A DNA stretch of 64,000 bases from Promethearchaeota archaeon (GCA_019058245.1 JAHPZJ010000008.1:64001-128000); one strand, 5' to 3'; positions 19,342 through 30,344 are shown, numbered from the stretch's first letter. A program made the numbers and translations. The notes: a model not told the origin generated them from the sequence alone.

Positions 19342-19932
19342 CTAAATTTTTCTACAAACTAATTCTCCTTTCCCAATAGGAACAACTAAAGCATCTACAC
19401 GTTTATCAGTCAAAGCTTTATCTAACATCGGTTTTAACGTTTCATAGTGATTAATTGCATTATCCGCAATGAGAATGCCTCCTTTAACCATATTTGGTAT
19501 CAACAGATCATAACAATCTCCATATACTTCTTTTTCAGCATCTAAAAAACAAAAAGATATGTTAATATAATTTGGAATGTATTCTCGAGCATCTCCTTCT
19601 ATTAATTCGATAAAATCTTCTAAATTAGTTAATTTAAAAGTTTCTCGAGCCATTTTAACTTTTTCTTCTAAAATTTCAAATGTAATTATTTTATTTCCAA
19701 TAAGTTTGCATGCAATAGCTATCCACATAGTAGAATATCCTGCACTAGTCCCTATTTCTAGAAACTCTCCTTTTGGAGCACTAGCAGCCAGAAGTGATAG
19801 AAATTGCCCAGTTTCGGGTGGAATTTGACGGAGTCTTTCCATTCTAGGCGTTCCATCGATTCTATCCTTTGTATCTAATTCTTCTAAATATTCCATTCGT
19901 TTTTTTATAGATTCTGGTATATTATGGAACAT
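19342..19932 (-). CDS. O-methyltransferase (class I SAM, CCoAOMT-like)
   Basis: [17 protein letters not shown] and GGILIADNA motifs. Confidence 0.9.
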   Translation of the reverse strand: MFHNIPESIKKRMEYLEELDTKDRIDGTPRMERLRQIPPETGQFLSLLAASAPKGEFLEIGTSAGYSTMWIAIACKLIGNKIITFEILEEKVKMARETFKLTNLEDFIELIEGDAREYIPNYINISFCFLDAEKEVYGDCYDLLIPNMVKGGILIADNAINHYETLKPMLDKALTDKRVDALVVPIGKGELVCRKI

Positions 19933-20072
19933 TTTGGATCAAAAATTTTATGTTTTTAATATATTTAATATCCAAGTTAAATTAATATAATGAAATTAAT
20001 ACTTGTTTAATACTTAAACTAAAACAATAATTATATTAATAAAATGGATTAGAAATGAACTTAAAAAAGATT

Positions 20073-21197
20073 TTAGTTTAAATTTTTATTTATTGATAAA
20101 GAGCTTTTTAAACCTTCTGCTAAGCTCCCTAATTTTTGAGCTGTTGCAGATATTTCTTCCATTGACGCAGATTGTTGTTCTGCAGATGCACTAATACCTT
20201 CCATATTACTATATGTCTCATTAATTTTACTTATTACGAGAGTAATTTTTTCATTCGTATTTTTTACAGCATTTCTTGATTCTTCTGCTAACTTTCTTAC
20301 CTCATCAGCGACTACAGCAAATCCACGTCCATGTTCCCCTGCTCTTCCCGCCTCTATACTAGCATTTAGTGCTAATAAATTTGTTTGATCAGAAATATTT
20401 GTAATGATATTAAGTACAGCAGAAATTTGGTCGGTTGAAACCATGATTTCTTGAGAACTGCTTGTCAATTCTTGAGTAGATGTTGCAATTTCTTCTGATG
20501 CCGCATTCACTTCACTTGCACTTGCTGCTAATTCAGTAGCCATATTTGCTGTATTTAGACTAGCAGATGAAGCAGAGTCTAGAATATTTGTAAGAATTTT
20601 GTTTGTATCTATAATTCTTTTTTCTACAATAGCCACTATACCCATTACAAGAAACGTCGTGACCATGACAACATTAATGAAATCAACAATTTGCTGACTA
20701 GTATCAGAAGGTGAGATTTCTATAATCACTGAAATAATTACATTAAATAATGCATTTGTTAAAACTAATAAAAAAAAAGCATGTAATATTGATTTTTTCC
20801 GAAGAAAGAGTCTTAATAACATACCTATACAAACAGTCAATATAATAATAAACATAAGATAAAAAGAAAGGGTCATAGGGACTATAGCAGCAGAAGCACT
20901 ATACTTTATAACCATTTTTTTAGATTTCTCTTTAATAAAAGTTTGATAATACTCTTTAACGACTGCATATATTAATATAACACTCCCAAACATAAAAAAT
21001 GTCATTGCTAAAGGGGATAGTGCTTCAGATCCACTAGCATCAATTTCTAGAGCAATAAAAATGTATCCTATCGCATTAATAATTATTGCTAGATACCAAG
21101 GAAGAAGTTCTCGTCTTTTTCTATAAGCTTGAGTGAATACAATAGATGCTAGGGACATTACAACAGCACAACCAACATTAGATACATTCATATTCAA
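20073..21197 (-). CDS. Methyl-accepting chemotaxis-like transducer with multi-TM N-terminus
   Basis: [38 protein letters not shown] hairpin tip; about six TM helices N-terminally. Confidence 0.9.
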   Translation of the reverse strand: MNMNVSNVGCAVVMSLASIVFTQAYRKRRELLPWYLAIIINAIGYIFIALEIDASGSEALSPLAMTFFMFGSVILIYAVVKEYYQTFIKEKSKKMVIKYSASAAIVPMTLSFYLMFIIILTVCIGMLLRLFLRKKSILHAFFLLVLTNALFNVIISVIIEISPSDTSQQIVDFINVVMVTTFLVMGIVAIVEKRIIDTNKILTNILDSASSASLNTANMATELAASASEVNAASEEIATSTQELTSSSQEIMVSTDQISAVLNIITNISDQTNLLALNASIEAGRAGEHGRGFAVVADEVRKLAEESRNAVKNTNEKITLVISKINETYSNMEGISASAEQQSASMEEISATAQKLGSLAEGLKSSLSINKNLN

Positions 21198-21341
21198 TAT
21201 CGATTATTCATTTGTAATAGATTTGTGTAAATTAATAAAATTTGACAAACTTTATTCAATTATGATAAAATTTCTATTTAAAGTTTTATTTTTACATACT
21301 ATTAGTATGTTTCCTCACAAAATAATTTATATAAAAAGTTT

Positions 21342-22178
21342 TTAGATCTTTAATCTTGTCATCTTTTCAGCAACTTGCCATAATTTTTTAGCATAATCTT
21401 TATTATAAGATTCTTCAGAAGATTCTTTAGGTTGTTTGTTAGCAAAGTAATTTCCAGTAATACCTTCTACTTCAGGTGAAGAAGCTAAATATATTGAAGT
21501 CTGAGCTCCTTCTTCTGGACTTTTGAAAAACTTTCTTGCAAACCATTGGCTAAACTTTGATTGATCTCGACCAAGATTAGTGTTCACTATTCCGGGATGA
21601 ACAGCATTCACAGTTACTCCTGTTCCTTCAATGTTCCTACTTAATTCATAAGTAAATAACATTTCCCCTAATTTTGAAGTGCCATATACTGTGAATAAAC
21701 GATATTTCTTGTTTTCACTCTGAAGATCGTCAAAATCCATTTTTGCTCTTTTATGTGCTGCTGAAGTAACATTAATAATGCGACTTGGAGCACTCTTTTT
21801 TAAAACATCAAGTAATAGATTTGTTAATAAAAATGGGGCAAGAACATGTACAGCAAAATTCATTTCAAATCCATCAACAGATATAGTTCGCTTTTTAAGC
21901 ATAACTCCTGCATTATTTATTAACACATGTAAGTTCTGATATTTATTTGTAAATTCTGAAACCATTTTCCGAATTTCTTCTTGAGATGACAAGTCGTATA
22001 AAAGCAAGTCTATATTATTATTTCCAGTTTCTTCAATAATTTCTTTTTGAGCTAATTCTCCTCGTTCTTTATTACGACATATCATCACTATTTTAGCATT
22101 CATTTTTGCTAAACCTTTAGCTGTAGCTTTACCAATACCAGAATTGGCTCCCGTAATCATACAAATTTTTCCTTTCAT
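21342..22178 (-). CDS. SDR oxidoreductase (retinol dehydrogenase-like)
   Basis: TGANSGIG, LINNAG, YGTSK and NAVHPG motifs. Confidence 0.92.
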   Translation of the reverse strand: MKGKICMITGANSGIGKATAKGLAKMNAKIVMICRNKERGELAQKEIIEETGNNNIDLLLYDLSSQEEIRKMVSEFTNKYQNLHVLINNAGVMLKKRTISVDGFEMNFAVHVLAPFLLTNLLLDVLKKSAPSRIINVTSAAHKRAKMDFDDLQSENKKYRLFTVYGTSKLGEMLFTYELSRNIEGTGVTVNAVHPGIVNTNLGRDQSKFSQWFARKFFKSPEEGAQTSIYLASSPEVEGITGNYFANKQPKESSEESYNKDYAKKLWQVAEKMTRLKI

Positions 22179-22445
22179 TCCATCACTTCATTAATATTTT
22201 ATTCAATGTTCTTACTATTTTTAGGAATTATTAAACCATTTGGTTATTTTTTAAAATCATAAGAACTTAAGTTACTAATTAAGATTCTTGTAAGATTCTT
22301 CTTAGTGTGGTAAGTTCTCTCATGTTTATTTAGTTTGGGAGATCTTGGAATAATACTTTAATAATTGTAAAATTCTAAAGGGATAGGATTTACTTTAAAT
22401 CTTTTTCTTTTTTAATTATCTATAAGAAAATTACCATTTTAAAAA

Positions 22446-24500
22446 GTGAGAAAGTGGATGCACGAAATTAAAAAAGGAATGACAAAAGAAGAAATTGAAA
22501 GCTATGTTAATTTTATTTTGGAAAATATGAATTTAGAAGAAAAGACTGCACAGATGAGTGGTTATGGATTTTTTAAGAATATAATAATGGATAGAGGAGT
22601 TGGAAAACGGGTTTACGAAGCTGCAGGTTCAGAAAAGTATAAGATTCCGCCACTTAAATTTATAGACGGTCCTCGTGGAGTTGTTATTCCTGGTTCTACA
22701 TGTTTTCCTGTATCTATGGCTCGTGCTGCATCATGGGATATCAAATTAGAACATAAGATTGGTGATGTCATAGGAAAAGAAGTACGAGCTCATGGAGGTA
22801 ATCTTTTTGCAGCTCCTTGTATTAACTTATTGCGACATCCTGCGTGGGGTAGAGCTCAAGAAACTTATGGGGAAGATCCGTTCTTACTTGGTGAATTTGG
22901 CATGGCCTTAATTCGTGGAGTCCAAAAACATAATGTTATGGCAACCGCTAAACATTTTGCAGCAAATAGCATTGAAAAGACTCGTTATAAAATAAATGTG
23001 AAAATGGATGAGAGAACTTTTCGTGAGATTTATCTTCCTCATTTCAAACATTGTGTTGAGGAGGGATGCGCTACAATAATGAGCGCGTATAATAAAATTC
23101 GTGGTAAATATTGTGGACAAAATGATTATTTATTACGTGAAATTTTGAAAAAAGATTGGAATTTTCGGGGATTTGTTCATTCTGATTGGATGTTTGGAGT
23201 AAAAGATACTGTCGGTGGAATAACTGGTGGATTAGATGTTGAGATGCCTAGAGCGAAATATTTTAAATATAAAAAAATCCAAAAAGCCCTTCAAGAAGGT
23301 AAAATTTCTGAAGTTATGATTGATGAGGCTGCTGGACGAGTTATGCGAACTATTCTCCAGTACGTCACTAGAGAAGATCCACAAGAATACGATAAGAGTT
23401 TAATAGGTTGTTTAGAACATCATAACGTAGCATTAGAGGCTGCTGAAAAGAGTATGGTACTTCTAAAAAATGAAAGAAATATCTTACCCTTGAACGTGGG
23501 CAAAATTAGTACTGTACTAATATTAGGAAAATATGCGAATGTGAAAAATACAGGAGATCATGGAAGTAGTAATGTAGCAGTTAAAAAAGTCGTTACTCCT
23601 TTGAAAGGTATTCACGACTATGTAGGAAATGATATTAAGATAGTATATGATAAGACAAAAGACCCTAAGAGAGCTAAAAATAAAGCTAAAGAAGTGGATG
23701 CGGTAATAATAATTATTGGGTTAAATCATAAGGATGAAGGAGAAATGATTAAAGTATTTGGAACTGGTGGTGATCGAGATAAATTGTCCTTACATGATGA
23801 GGATATTGTACTTATTAAAGAAGTTGTTAAGGAAAACAATAATTGCGTTGTGGTTCTGATTGGAGGAAGCGCTATCACTATGGAAGAATGGAAAGAGGAT
23901 GTACCTTCCATATTAATGGCCTGGTATTCAGGTGTAGAAGGAGGAAATGCTCTCGCAAAAATATTATTCGGTGATATTAATCCAAGTGGAAAATTACCTT
24001 TTACCATTCCTAAAGATCCGAAACATCTACCTTTTTTCGATAAAAATACTGATGAAATTGAATATGGATATTATCATGGTTATACGCTTTTTGATAAGAG
24101 GGGATATGAACCAGCATTTCCTTTTGGATATGGGTTAAGTTATACAACATATCATTATAGTAATTTGAATGTTGAGGTTAAGGAAGATAAATTAATAGCC
24201 AGTGTTGATGTAAAAAATACTGGAAAAGTTACAGGTACTGAGGTTGTTCAATTATATATAGGACTCGAAAATTCTAATATCGATCGCCCTATAAAGCTTT
24301 TAAAAGGATTCAAACGTATACAACTACAGCCAAATGAATTGAAAAATGTAACACTTGAAATTCTAATAAAAAATCTAGCTTGGTATAACCCAGAATCAAA
24401 ATCTTGGGAGATTGAAAAAATTGATTATTATCTTTTTATCGGTCCATCATCAAAAAAAGAAGATCTTTTATCTATTCAATTCAATTTAAATATAAAATAA
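22446..24500 (+). CDS. GH3 beta-glucosidase
   Basis: DGPRG, WGRAQETYGEDP, KHFAAN, SDW nucleophile, NPSGKLPFT, FPFGYGLSYT and an Fn3-like tail. Confidence 0.95.
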   Translation: MRKWMHEIKKGMTKEEIESYVNFILENMNLEEKTAQMSGYGFFKNIIMDRGVGKRVYEAAGSEKYKIPPLKFIDGPRGVVIPGSTCFPVSMARAASWDIKLEHKIGDVIGKEVRAHGGNLFAAPCINLLRHPAWGRAQETYGEDPFLLGEFGMALIRGVQKHNVMATAKHFAANSIEKTRYKINVKMDERTFREIYLPHFKHCVEEGCATIMSAYNKIRGKYCGQNDYLLREILKKDWNFRGFVHSDWMFGVKDTVGGITGGLDVEMPRAKYFKYKKIQKALQEGKISEVMIDEAAGRVMRTILQYVTREDPQEYDKSLIGCLEHHNVALEAAEKSMVLLKNERNILPLNVGKISTVLILGKYANVKNTGDHGSSNVAVKKVVTPLKGIHDYVGNDIKIVYDKTKDPKRAKNKAKEVDAVIIIIGLNHKDEGEMIKVFGTGGDRDKLSLHDEDIVLIKEVVKENNNCVVVLIGGSAITMEEWKEDVPSILMAWYSGVEGGNALAKILFGDINPSGKLPFTIPKDPKHLPFFDKNTDEIEYGYYHGYTLFDKRGYEPAFPFGYGLSYTTYHYSNLNVEVKEDKLIASVDVKNTGKVTGTEVVQLYIGLENSNIDRPIKLLKGFKRIQLQPNELKNVTLEILIKNLAWYNPESKSWEIEKIDYYLFIGPSSKKEDLLSIQFNLNIK

Positions 24501-24835
24501 TATATTTTACCAATTATATTTTTAAAATACTTTATCTTTTTCCAAATTCTAAAGGTTTATATAATGTTGATATAAAAATTAAAGCCTTAAAACTTTATTC
24601 GATTGTAGTGAAGTATAATACATCAATCAGGATGAGACTAAGGAAAAACATGGGATCTACTACTAGAGACGCCAGATATTTAATTCAAGAGATTTAATTA
24701 GTTAATTTGCTGTTTTTTTATAAAATTTCCAAAGATTGAGAAAAATAAAGCTTTTTCAAAACTAAAATTTTAAATTTAAGAAGTTTATCATGCATTCAAT
24801 AAATGTAACCATTTTAATTTTACCTTGGAATTTTT

Positions 24836-25390
24836 ATGAGAACCTCTCACGATTTTTTATTTAAGGTTTCTGTTATAGGAGATGGGAGAGTAGGAAAGAC
24901 TTCTTTAATAAAAAGATTTACGAAAGGCAATTTTGATACGAATTATGCAATTACAATCGGTGCTCAATTTTCTGAATATAAACAGGTGATTGAGGGAGAT
25001 AAAATTACTCTATTTTTTTGGGATATCGCTGGACAAGACTGTTTTCATTTTGTACGTCCTTCATTTTATGTCAAAAGTCATGCTGCTATAATCGTTTATA
25101 GTTTAGAAACAAATAAATTTGGAAAACAAAGTTATAGAAATATTTTAAATTGGTATAGAGAAATAAAACAATTTTGTGGAGATATTCCTATAGTTCTATT
25201 TGCAAATAAAGCAGATTTAATTAAAGAGAAGAACTTGAATAAAGCAAAAATTCAAAGTTTAATTGATAATTTGGATTTATGGAACTATTATATTACATCA
25301 GCTAAATCAGGCAAAGGAGTTCCTCATGCATTTAATAGTCTAATAGAGAATTTATACCATCAATATATCTCAATAACTACAAATCATTAG
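24836..25390 (+). CDS. Rab-like small GTPase
   Basis: G1 GDGRVGKTS, G2 TIG, G3 WDIAGQD, G4 NKAD, G5 TSAK. Confidence 0.92.
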   Translation: MRTSHDFLFKVSVIGDGRVGKTSLIKRFTKGNFDTNYAITIGAQFSEYKQVIEGDKITLFFWDIAGQDCFHFVRPSFYVKSHAAIIVYSLETNKFGKQSYRNILNWYREIKQFCGDIPIVLFANKADLIKEKNLNKAKIQSLIDNLDLWNYYITSAKSGKGVPHAFNSLIENLYHQYISITTNH

Positions 25391-25490
25391 ATTAATGACC
25401 AAGAAAAAATAATCCTTTTGAAAAATAAATAATATCTTTTATATAATAAACATAATTTTAGACTTAATTTAAAAAAAGGTAGAGTTTTGA

Positions 25491-26387
25491 ATGAAACTAT
25501 TACGTACACCTGAAGAAAGATTTAAAAATCTCCCTGATTTTCTATTCAAACCTAATTATAGAGAAATTGATGGAATTCGAATTCATTTTGTAGATGAAGG
25601 TCCTAAAGATACTGAAGTAATTCTATTAATGCATGGTGAGCCATCATGGTCATTCCTATATCGACATATGATTCCAATATTACTTAAAGCAGGTTATAGA
25701 ACAATAGCACCAGATTTAGTTGGGTTTGGGCGATCCGATAAACCAGCTGAACAAAGTGCCCATACTTATCATAAACATGTAGAATGGATCACAAAATTAG
25801 TGAAAGGACTTGATCTTAATAATATTACTTTATTCTGCCAAGATTGGGGATCGTTAATTGGGTTAAGAGTCGCTATTGAAAATCAAGAACGTTTTAATAG
25901 GATATTACTATCAAATGGAGGATTACCTACTGGAGAACAGAAAATGAGTGAAGCATTCTTCGCATGGCAAGAATCCTCTAAAACGAGACCATTATTTTCT
26001 TGTGGGGAGATAGTACAACAAGCAACTGTAACAAAACTAACTGAAAACGAGATAAGTGCATATGATGCGCCATTTCCAGATGCAACCTTCCAAGCGGGTC
26101 CTAGAATTATGCCCTCATTGGTTCCAACCACTAAGAATGATCCAGAACATGAGGCTAATAAAAAAGCATGGGAAGGGTTCTTTCAATGGAAGAAACCATT
26201 TTTGACAGCTTTCGCTGACAATGATCCAATAACAAGAGGAGGAGACAGATATTGGCAAGAGAAAGTTCCAGGTGCTCAGGGACAAAATCATACTATAATT
26301 AAAAATGCTGGACATTTTGTTCAAGAAGATAAAGGCCCTGAATTGGCAAATCTTATTGTAGAATTCATAAGCAAAAATCCGCTCTAG
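25491..26387 (+). CDS. Haloalkane dehalogenase (HLD-I-like alpha/beta hydrolase)
   Basis: LRTPEERF, HGEPSWS, QDWG nucleophile, DPIT and AGHFVQED motifs. Confidence 0.9.
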   Translation: MKLLRTPEERFKNLPDFLFKPNYREIDGIRIHFVDEGPKDTEVILLMHGEPSWSFLYRHMIPILLKAGYRTIAPDLVGFGRSDKPAEQSAHTYHKHVEWITKLVKGLDLNNITLFCQDWGSLIGLRVAIENQERFNRILLSNGGLPTGEQKMSEAFFAWQESSKTRPLFSCGEIVQQATVTKLTENEISAYDAPFPDATFQAGPRIMPSLVPTTKNDPEHEANKKAWEGFFQWKKPFLTAFADNDPITRGGDRYWQEKVPGAQGQNHTIIKNAGHFVQEDKGPELANLIVEFISKNPL

Positions 26388-26452
26388 AATTTTAGTTATT
26401 TTTGACTATATCCTCTCTGTTATTGTAAGGTTACGTTTTATTCTTTTTTTTT

Positions 26453-26671
26453 TCAAAGCTTCTCTTTTCTTCCGTAATTTTTATAATAAGAGTGTTTTGG
26501 ATGAAATCTAATGTTTAGGTATCCCACAATAAATAAAATAATAGCTAATAGCAAAATTGTACTCCCGATCAAAAAATGAGCATTCAAAAAGATATTTCAT
26601 ATTGTTAAGCCACCTATAACCCGAAAACTAGTGGAAATTAATGGGGTAATAATTTGTGAAACTGATTGAAA
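26453..26671 (-). pseudogene. Remnant resembling the last two TM helices of an MFS transporter
   Basis: FQSVSQIITPLISTSFRVIGGLTI*NIFLNAHFLIGSTILLLAIILFIVGYLNIRFHPK...; no start codon; in-frame TGA at 26599-26597. Confidence 0.45.
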
Positions 26672-26783
26672 ATAAAATAAGTATGAAATAACTATAAAAT
26701 AATATGAAAAATTGGTCTATATAAACAATAAATAACAACAAAAAAACTATTTTTCATAAGTATTATGAAAATTGTTGATTTAA

Positions 26784-27278
26784 ATGAGTGTAAAAAGACA
26801 TAAAGGTCATGAAAGGGAAGTTCCAAATGCCCATATTTACCATGCTTTGCTGCCAGTGGTTTTTTTTTTGATTTGGTTTTTGGATTCAAGTATTTTTGGT
26901 TTTTCAACCTTTTTAAATAAGTATATCCCTTTTATAATTCGCCTAATCCTTTTTATCATTATTCTATCTTTATCGTTCACTTTTATTTTCCTTTCTCATC
27001 AAACATTATTTAAATCACACCAGCCACCTAATTCTTTAGTTATTACCGGAGTTCTCAAATATACAAGAAATCCAATGTATTTTGGTATTCTTTTAATTTA
27101 TGTGGCATTTATTTTTCTTTCAATCTCCTTAATTAGCATTTGTCTATTCATCATCGTGTTCTTCGTTTACAATTGGATGGTAAATTTTGAACAAAATATT
27201 CTTGAAAATATGTTTGGTAATGAATTTTTAGAATACAAAAAAAGAGTACCAAAATGGTTTCCAAATCCATTTAAATAA
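26784..27278 (+). CDS. Isoprenylcysteine carboxyl methyltransferase/PEMT family membrane protein
   Basis: LVITG..KYTRNPMYFG and EQNILENMFGNEFLEYKKRVPKW motifs. Confidence 0.85.
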   Translation: MSVKRHKGHEREVPNAHIYHALLPVVFFLIWFLDSSIFGFSTFLNKYIPFIIRLILFIIILSLSFTFIFLSHQTLFKSHQPPNSLVITGVLKYTRNPMYFGILLIYVAFIFLSISLISICLFIIVFFVYNWMVNFEQNILENMFGNEFLEYKKRVPKWFPNPFK

Positions 27279-27435
27279 TGGTTAATATAAAGCATCTACC
27301 AATATGTAATCTTAACACTAACTATTTTATTCATATTAAGGAGTAATATATTATCTTTATTAATTTAAAAAGTAAATCCTCCTATATAGCTCCAATTGTA
27401 TCTTTAAAAACGCCCTAAAACTAAATAAAAAAGCT

Positions 27436-28083
27436 TTAATGACTAATCTCTAATTTATTAAGTGCTTTCTTTAGTAATTTTCTATTAGTTTCAGGATAGT
27501 ATTTGGAATAATTTAATATTTTTTCTTCGGAAATTCCTTTTATCAATTTAGAAATCTCAATTAATATTCTACTGTCATTCATATGGTTGTAATGCCATAA
27601 ATAAATTAAATCTAAAAGCGTTTTTTCATGATCTGAATATTTAATCTTATTATTTATTATTCCAAAATTGAATAATGCATTTTTAAAGGTTAAAAATCGA
27701 AAGTCTTTTCCTAAAATATTTATAGGTTTACTTTTTAATATTTGATCATTAATTAGGTAAAGTAATTCATTTTCATGTTCATAATTAATACGATTTATTT
27801 TTAGTGCGGTATACAATCCAAAATACCAATTTTTAACATTCTTTATATTCAATCCTTTTGCTACGAGTTCTAAAATGGAATATTTACATTTCTTTTTGAG
27901 GATTTCTTCATCAGTCTTTACATAATAAATATCGTCTAATATATTTAATAAATAACCACGCGTTATTAAGTAATCACTAATCGTTCTATAATCATGATAG
28001 AGATCTTTACTATAATCCTGTAATTCCTCAGATGAGACAAATTCTTTATTATCTTGTCTTATTTTTTTCAGAACTCGATACAT
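27436..28083 (-). CDS. AbiEi-like (type IV TA antitoxin / transcriptional regulator) protein
   Basis: N-terminal wHTH-like YLITRGYL...IYYV, WYFGLYTAL and YSDHEKTLLDLIY motifs. Confidence 0.6.
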   Translation of the reverse strand: MYRVLKKIRQDNKEFVSSEELQDYSKDLYHDYRTISDYLITRGYLLNILDDIYYVKTDEEILKKKCKYSILELVAKGLNIKNVKNWYFGLYTALKINRINYEHENELLYLINDQILKSKPINILGKDFRFLTFKNALFNFGIINNKIKYSDHEKTLLDLIYLWHYNHMNDSRILIEISKLIKGISEEKILNYSKYYPETNRKLLKKALNKLEISH

Positions 28084-28473
28084 AAATTTTATCTAAAAAT
28101 ATAGTTAAATTTGAAAAAATAACGAATAATAATCAGGCTACATTATATATAATGTACCTTAGTTTATATTTCTTTCAAATTTCTTAAAAAAAATTATAAA
28201 TCTTTTAAAATTTGTTAGAAAGAATAGTCATTCATGATTTAAATTGTTAGAATTGAAAATCCAATAAAAAAAATTAACTTTTTATTTCCAATGAATTATC
28301 TATTAATTTTCAAATTCAATTTTTTAAGAATCCTTGAAAGTTTGTGATATTTTTTCAAAAAAGAATATATAAAGCTTTTCCAAATTGCAGTATTTCAAAG
28401 AGTAAGAATTATATTCTAATTTGAACTAAATATTATAGCAAAAAGATTCACAATTGCTAGATTAGAGGAGCTA

Positions 28474-28962
28474 TTGAATAAAATGTATAATGAGACAGAA
28501 AGTTCTAATTCTGAATATGAAACTACTCTTAATAGGCTTTCAGGACAAATTGAAGACCTTTTTAATAAAATTCATTATTATCAAGCGCTAGTTGCTGAAA
28601 AGGATATTCAAATAAAGAAATTAATCAGAGAGAATCAAAACCTTATGGCGAAGGTCCAAAAATTAACATTTCATTCAAATCCCTCAGGTGAACCGGGTCA
28701 AAAATCTTATAACCCTTCACTCCCTCCGTCAAGTGAACAATTTTCTACTCCTCCAATACCTCCACCAAATTATAAAGAAAAGTCGGAGTCTTCGTTCTCG
28801 ATAAGTGAAGATCCGAGAGTTAATAAGAGAGTATGTCCTAACTGTGGTGCGATGGGTTTTGCTATAAGAGAAGTAGAAGATAAAAGCAAAATACTTAGCT
28901 ATACCCCGAGAAGAATTTACGCAAAGAAGAAAGTTTGTACTAAATGCAGATACGAATGGTAA
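28474..28962 (+). CDS. Coiled-coil / Pro-rich / Zn-ribbon protein
   Basis: Heptad region, PSLPP and TPPIPPP, then CPNC...CTKC. Confidence 0.75.
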   Translation: MNKMYNETESSNSEYETTLNRLSGQIEDLFNKIHYYQALVAEKDIQIKKLIRENQNLMAKVQKLTFHSNPSGEPGQKSYNPSLPPSSEQFSTPPIPPPNYKEKSESSFSISEDPRVNKRVCPNCGAMGFAIREVEDKSKILSYTPRRIYAKKKVCTKCRYEW

Positions 28963-29106
28963 AGCACATCTAATTCTCCCCTTATATAAAAAAGGACTTA
29001 AATTTCGTGGAAGTAATTCATAATAATTAGATAAATCATACTATAAAATATATCCAAAAATAAATTATAAAAAAAAAATTTGAAATTTTAATTTAGTTTT
29101 AGTTTT

Positions 29107-30276
29107 TTAAGGAGCTATAATAGAATTAGGTTTTACCTCTTTTTGGAGCATTTTAAAAGCTTTTTTTGATGTAGAAAAGGTTTTAGCATTATGTTTTTGA
29201 ACAATTTCTTTGAGTTCCTCATCAAATATACGTACAAACACTTCAATATGTGGATAAAAGAAGTTAAGTTTAGAAGTGAGGTAAATAGCCTCATCAAATT
29301 CACACTCCTTTTTCCAACATATAAAAGCTTGAGTAACTTCCTTCAGGTTAACATAAGCTTCTAAATCACTTAAAAACCGAGTATATTTTTTTCGGAGATG
29401 TAATTGTTTGTTTACTTCAAATTCAATACCTTCATGAACGTCGTCAAAAAGGTAAACTTCCCGATCTGGTTGTTGTGATATATGATGTGCGATTCGGTGG
29501 GTTAAATGATCCCTTCCAATTACAATTACAGTTCCAGATCTATTTTTAGTCCATTCATGAATATCATCCATAGCCCATTTAGAAGTGGAGAAGGAAAATG
29601 CATTTAAAGGAGATTCTCCAAGATATTCTTGAATGTGGTCTTCAAAAGCACGAACATATATTTGACAACTTGGATTGATTTTACGTATCTTTTCAGTACA
29701 AATAATTGCAACCCTCACATCATTAATATTGATAAATACTTCATTGGCAGATTTTACATTGGCCAATTCAAGACTAGAATTCTCGGTTGCATCACCAACT
29801 ACTATTGGAAGTCCAGCATTAAGTAAATCTTCTACCAATTCTTCACAATCTTCAATAATAGCGAACCGTTTTTTATTTTTAACACAAAATTCTACAATTC
29901 TCTCTGATAAATGATGATATCCAATTATAACAGCATGATTTCTTTGATGTGTAGCAAGAATTCTGCTGGTAATAACAGGGTTATACTTTTCAAATAATTC
30001 TCCAGTAATAAATCCAAAAAAAATAACTTCTAATAAAATTGGCCAAACTATAGCATAAAACTGACCAAAATATCCCACATCATCAGGAAGCCCTACTGTT
30101 ATTGAAAATAAGATTATTCTGCCAAAATGATAACCTGGTTCTGTAATAAGAAAGAAAAGCAAACCTGCAAACCAAAATAGAAAGAAAAATATAAACTGTA
30201 ATTTATACTGTTTGAGTTTAAGATGGATTGCTATAAAAGCGTTTAGGAGATGCATATCATAAGATAAAGCACACAC
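29107..30276 (-). CDS. Two-TM channel-like protein with tandem RCK (TrkA-N) domains
   Basis: Two TM helices flank FSITVGLPD; HAVIIGY, VVGDAT...LELANV and IYVRAF; second RCK begins VIVIGR. Confidence 0.75.
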   Translation of the reverse strand: MCALSYDMHLLNAFIAIHLKLKQYKLQFIFFFLFWFAGLLFFLITEPGYHFGRIILFSITVGLPDDVGYFGQFYAIVWPILLEVIFFGFITGELFEKYNPVITSRILATHQRNHAVIIGYHHLSERIVEFCVKNKKRFAIIEDCEELVEDLLNAGLPIVVGDATENSSLELANVKSANEVFININDVRVAIICTEKIRKINPSCQIYVRAFEDHIQEYLGESPLNAFSFSTSKWAMDDIHEWTKNRSGTVIVIGRDHLTHRIAHHISQQPDREVYLFDDVHEGIEFEVNKQLHLRKKYTRFLSDLEAYVNLKEVTQAFICWKKECEFDEAIYLTSKLNFFYPHIEVFVRIFDEELKEIVQKHNAKTFSTSKKAFKMLQKEVKPNSIIAP

Positions 30277-30344
30277 GTATAAAAAAAATACGATCTTAGA
30301 ATGAGAATCTTTTAAAAAAAGATTAAAAAAAAATTAAAAAAACA

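Noticed and set aside
26597-26599. In-frame TGA as selenocysteine
   Set aside because: It lies in a start-less transporter-like remnant with no redox motif, and I could not identify a SECIS.
24836-27278. Rab GTPase and ICMT-like methyltransferase as a prenylation module
   Set aside because: The GTPase has no C-terminal Cys, the genes are not adjacent, and ICMT/PEMT-like proteins are widespread in prokaryotes.
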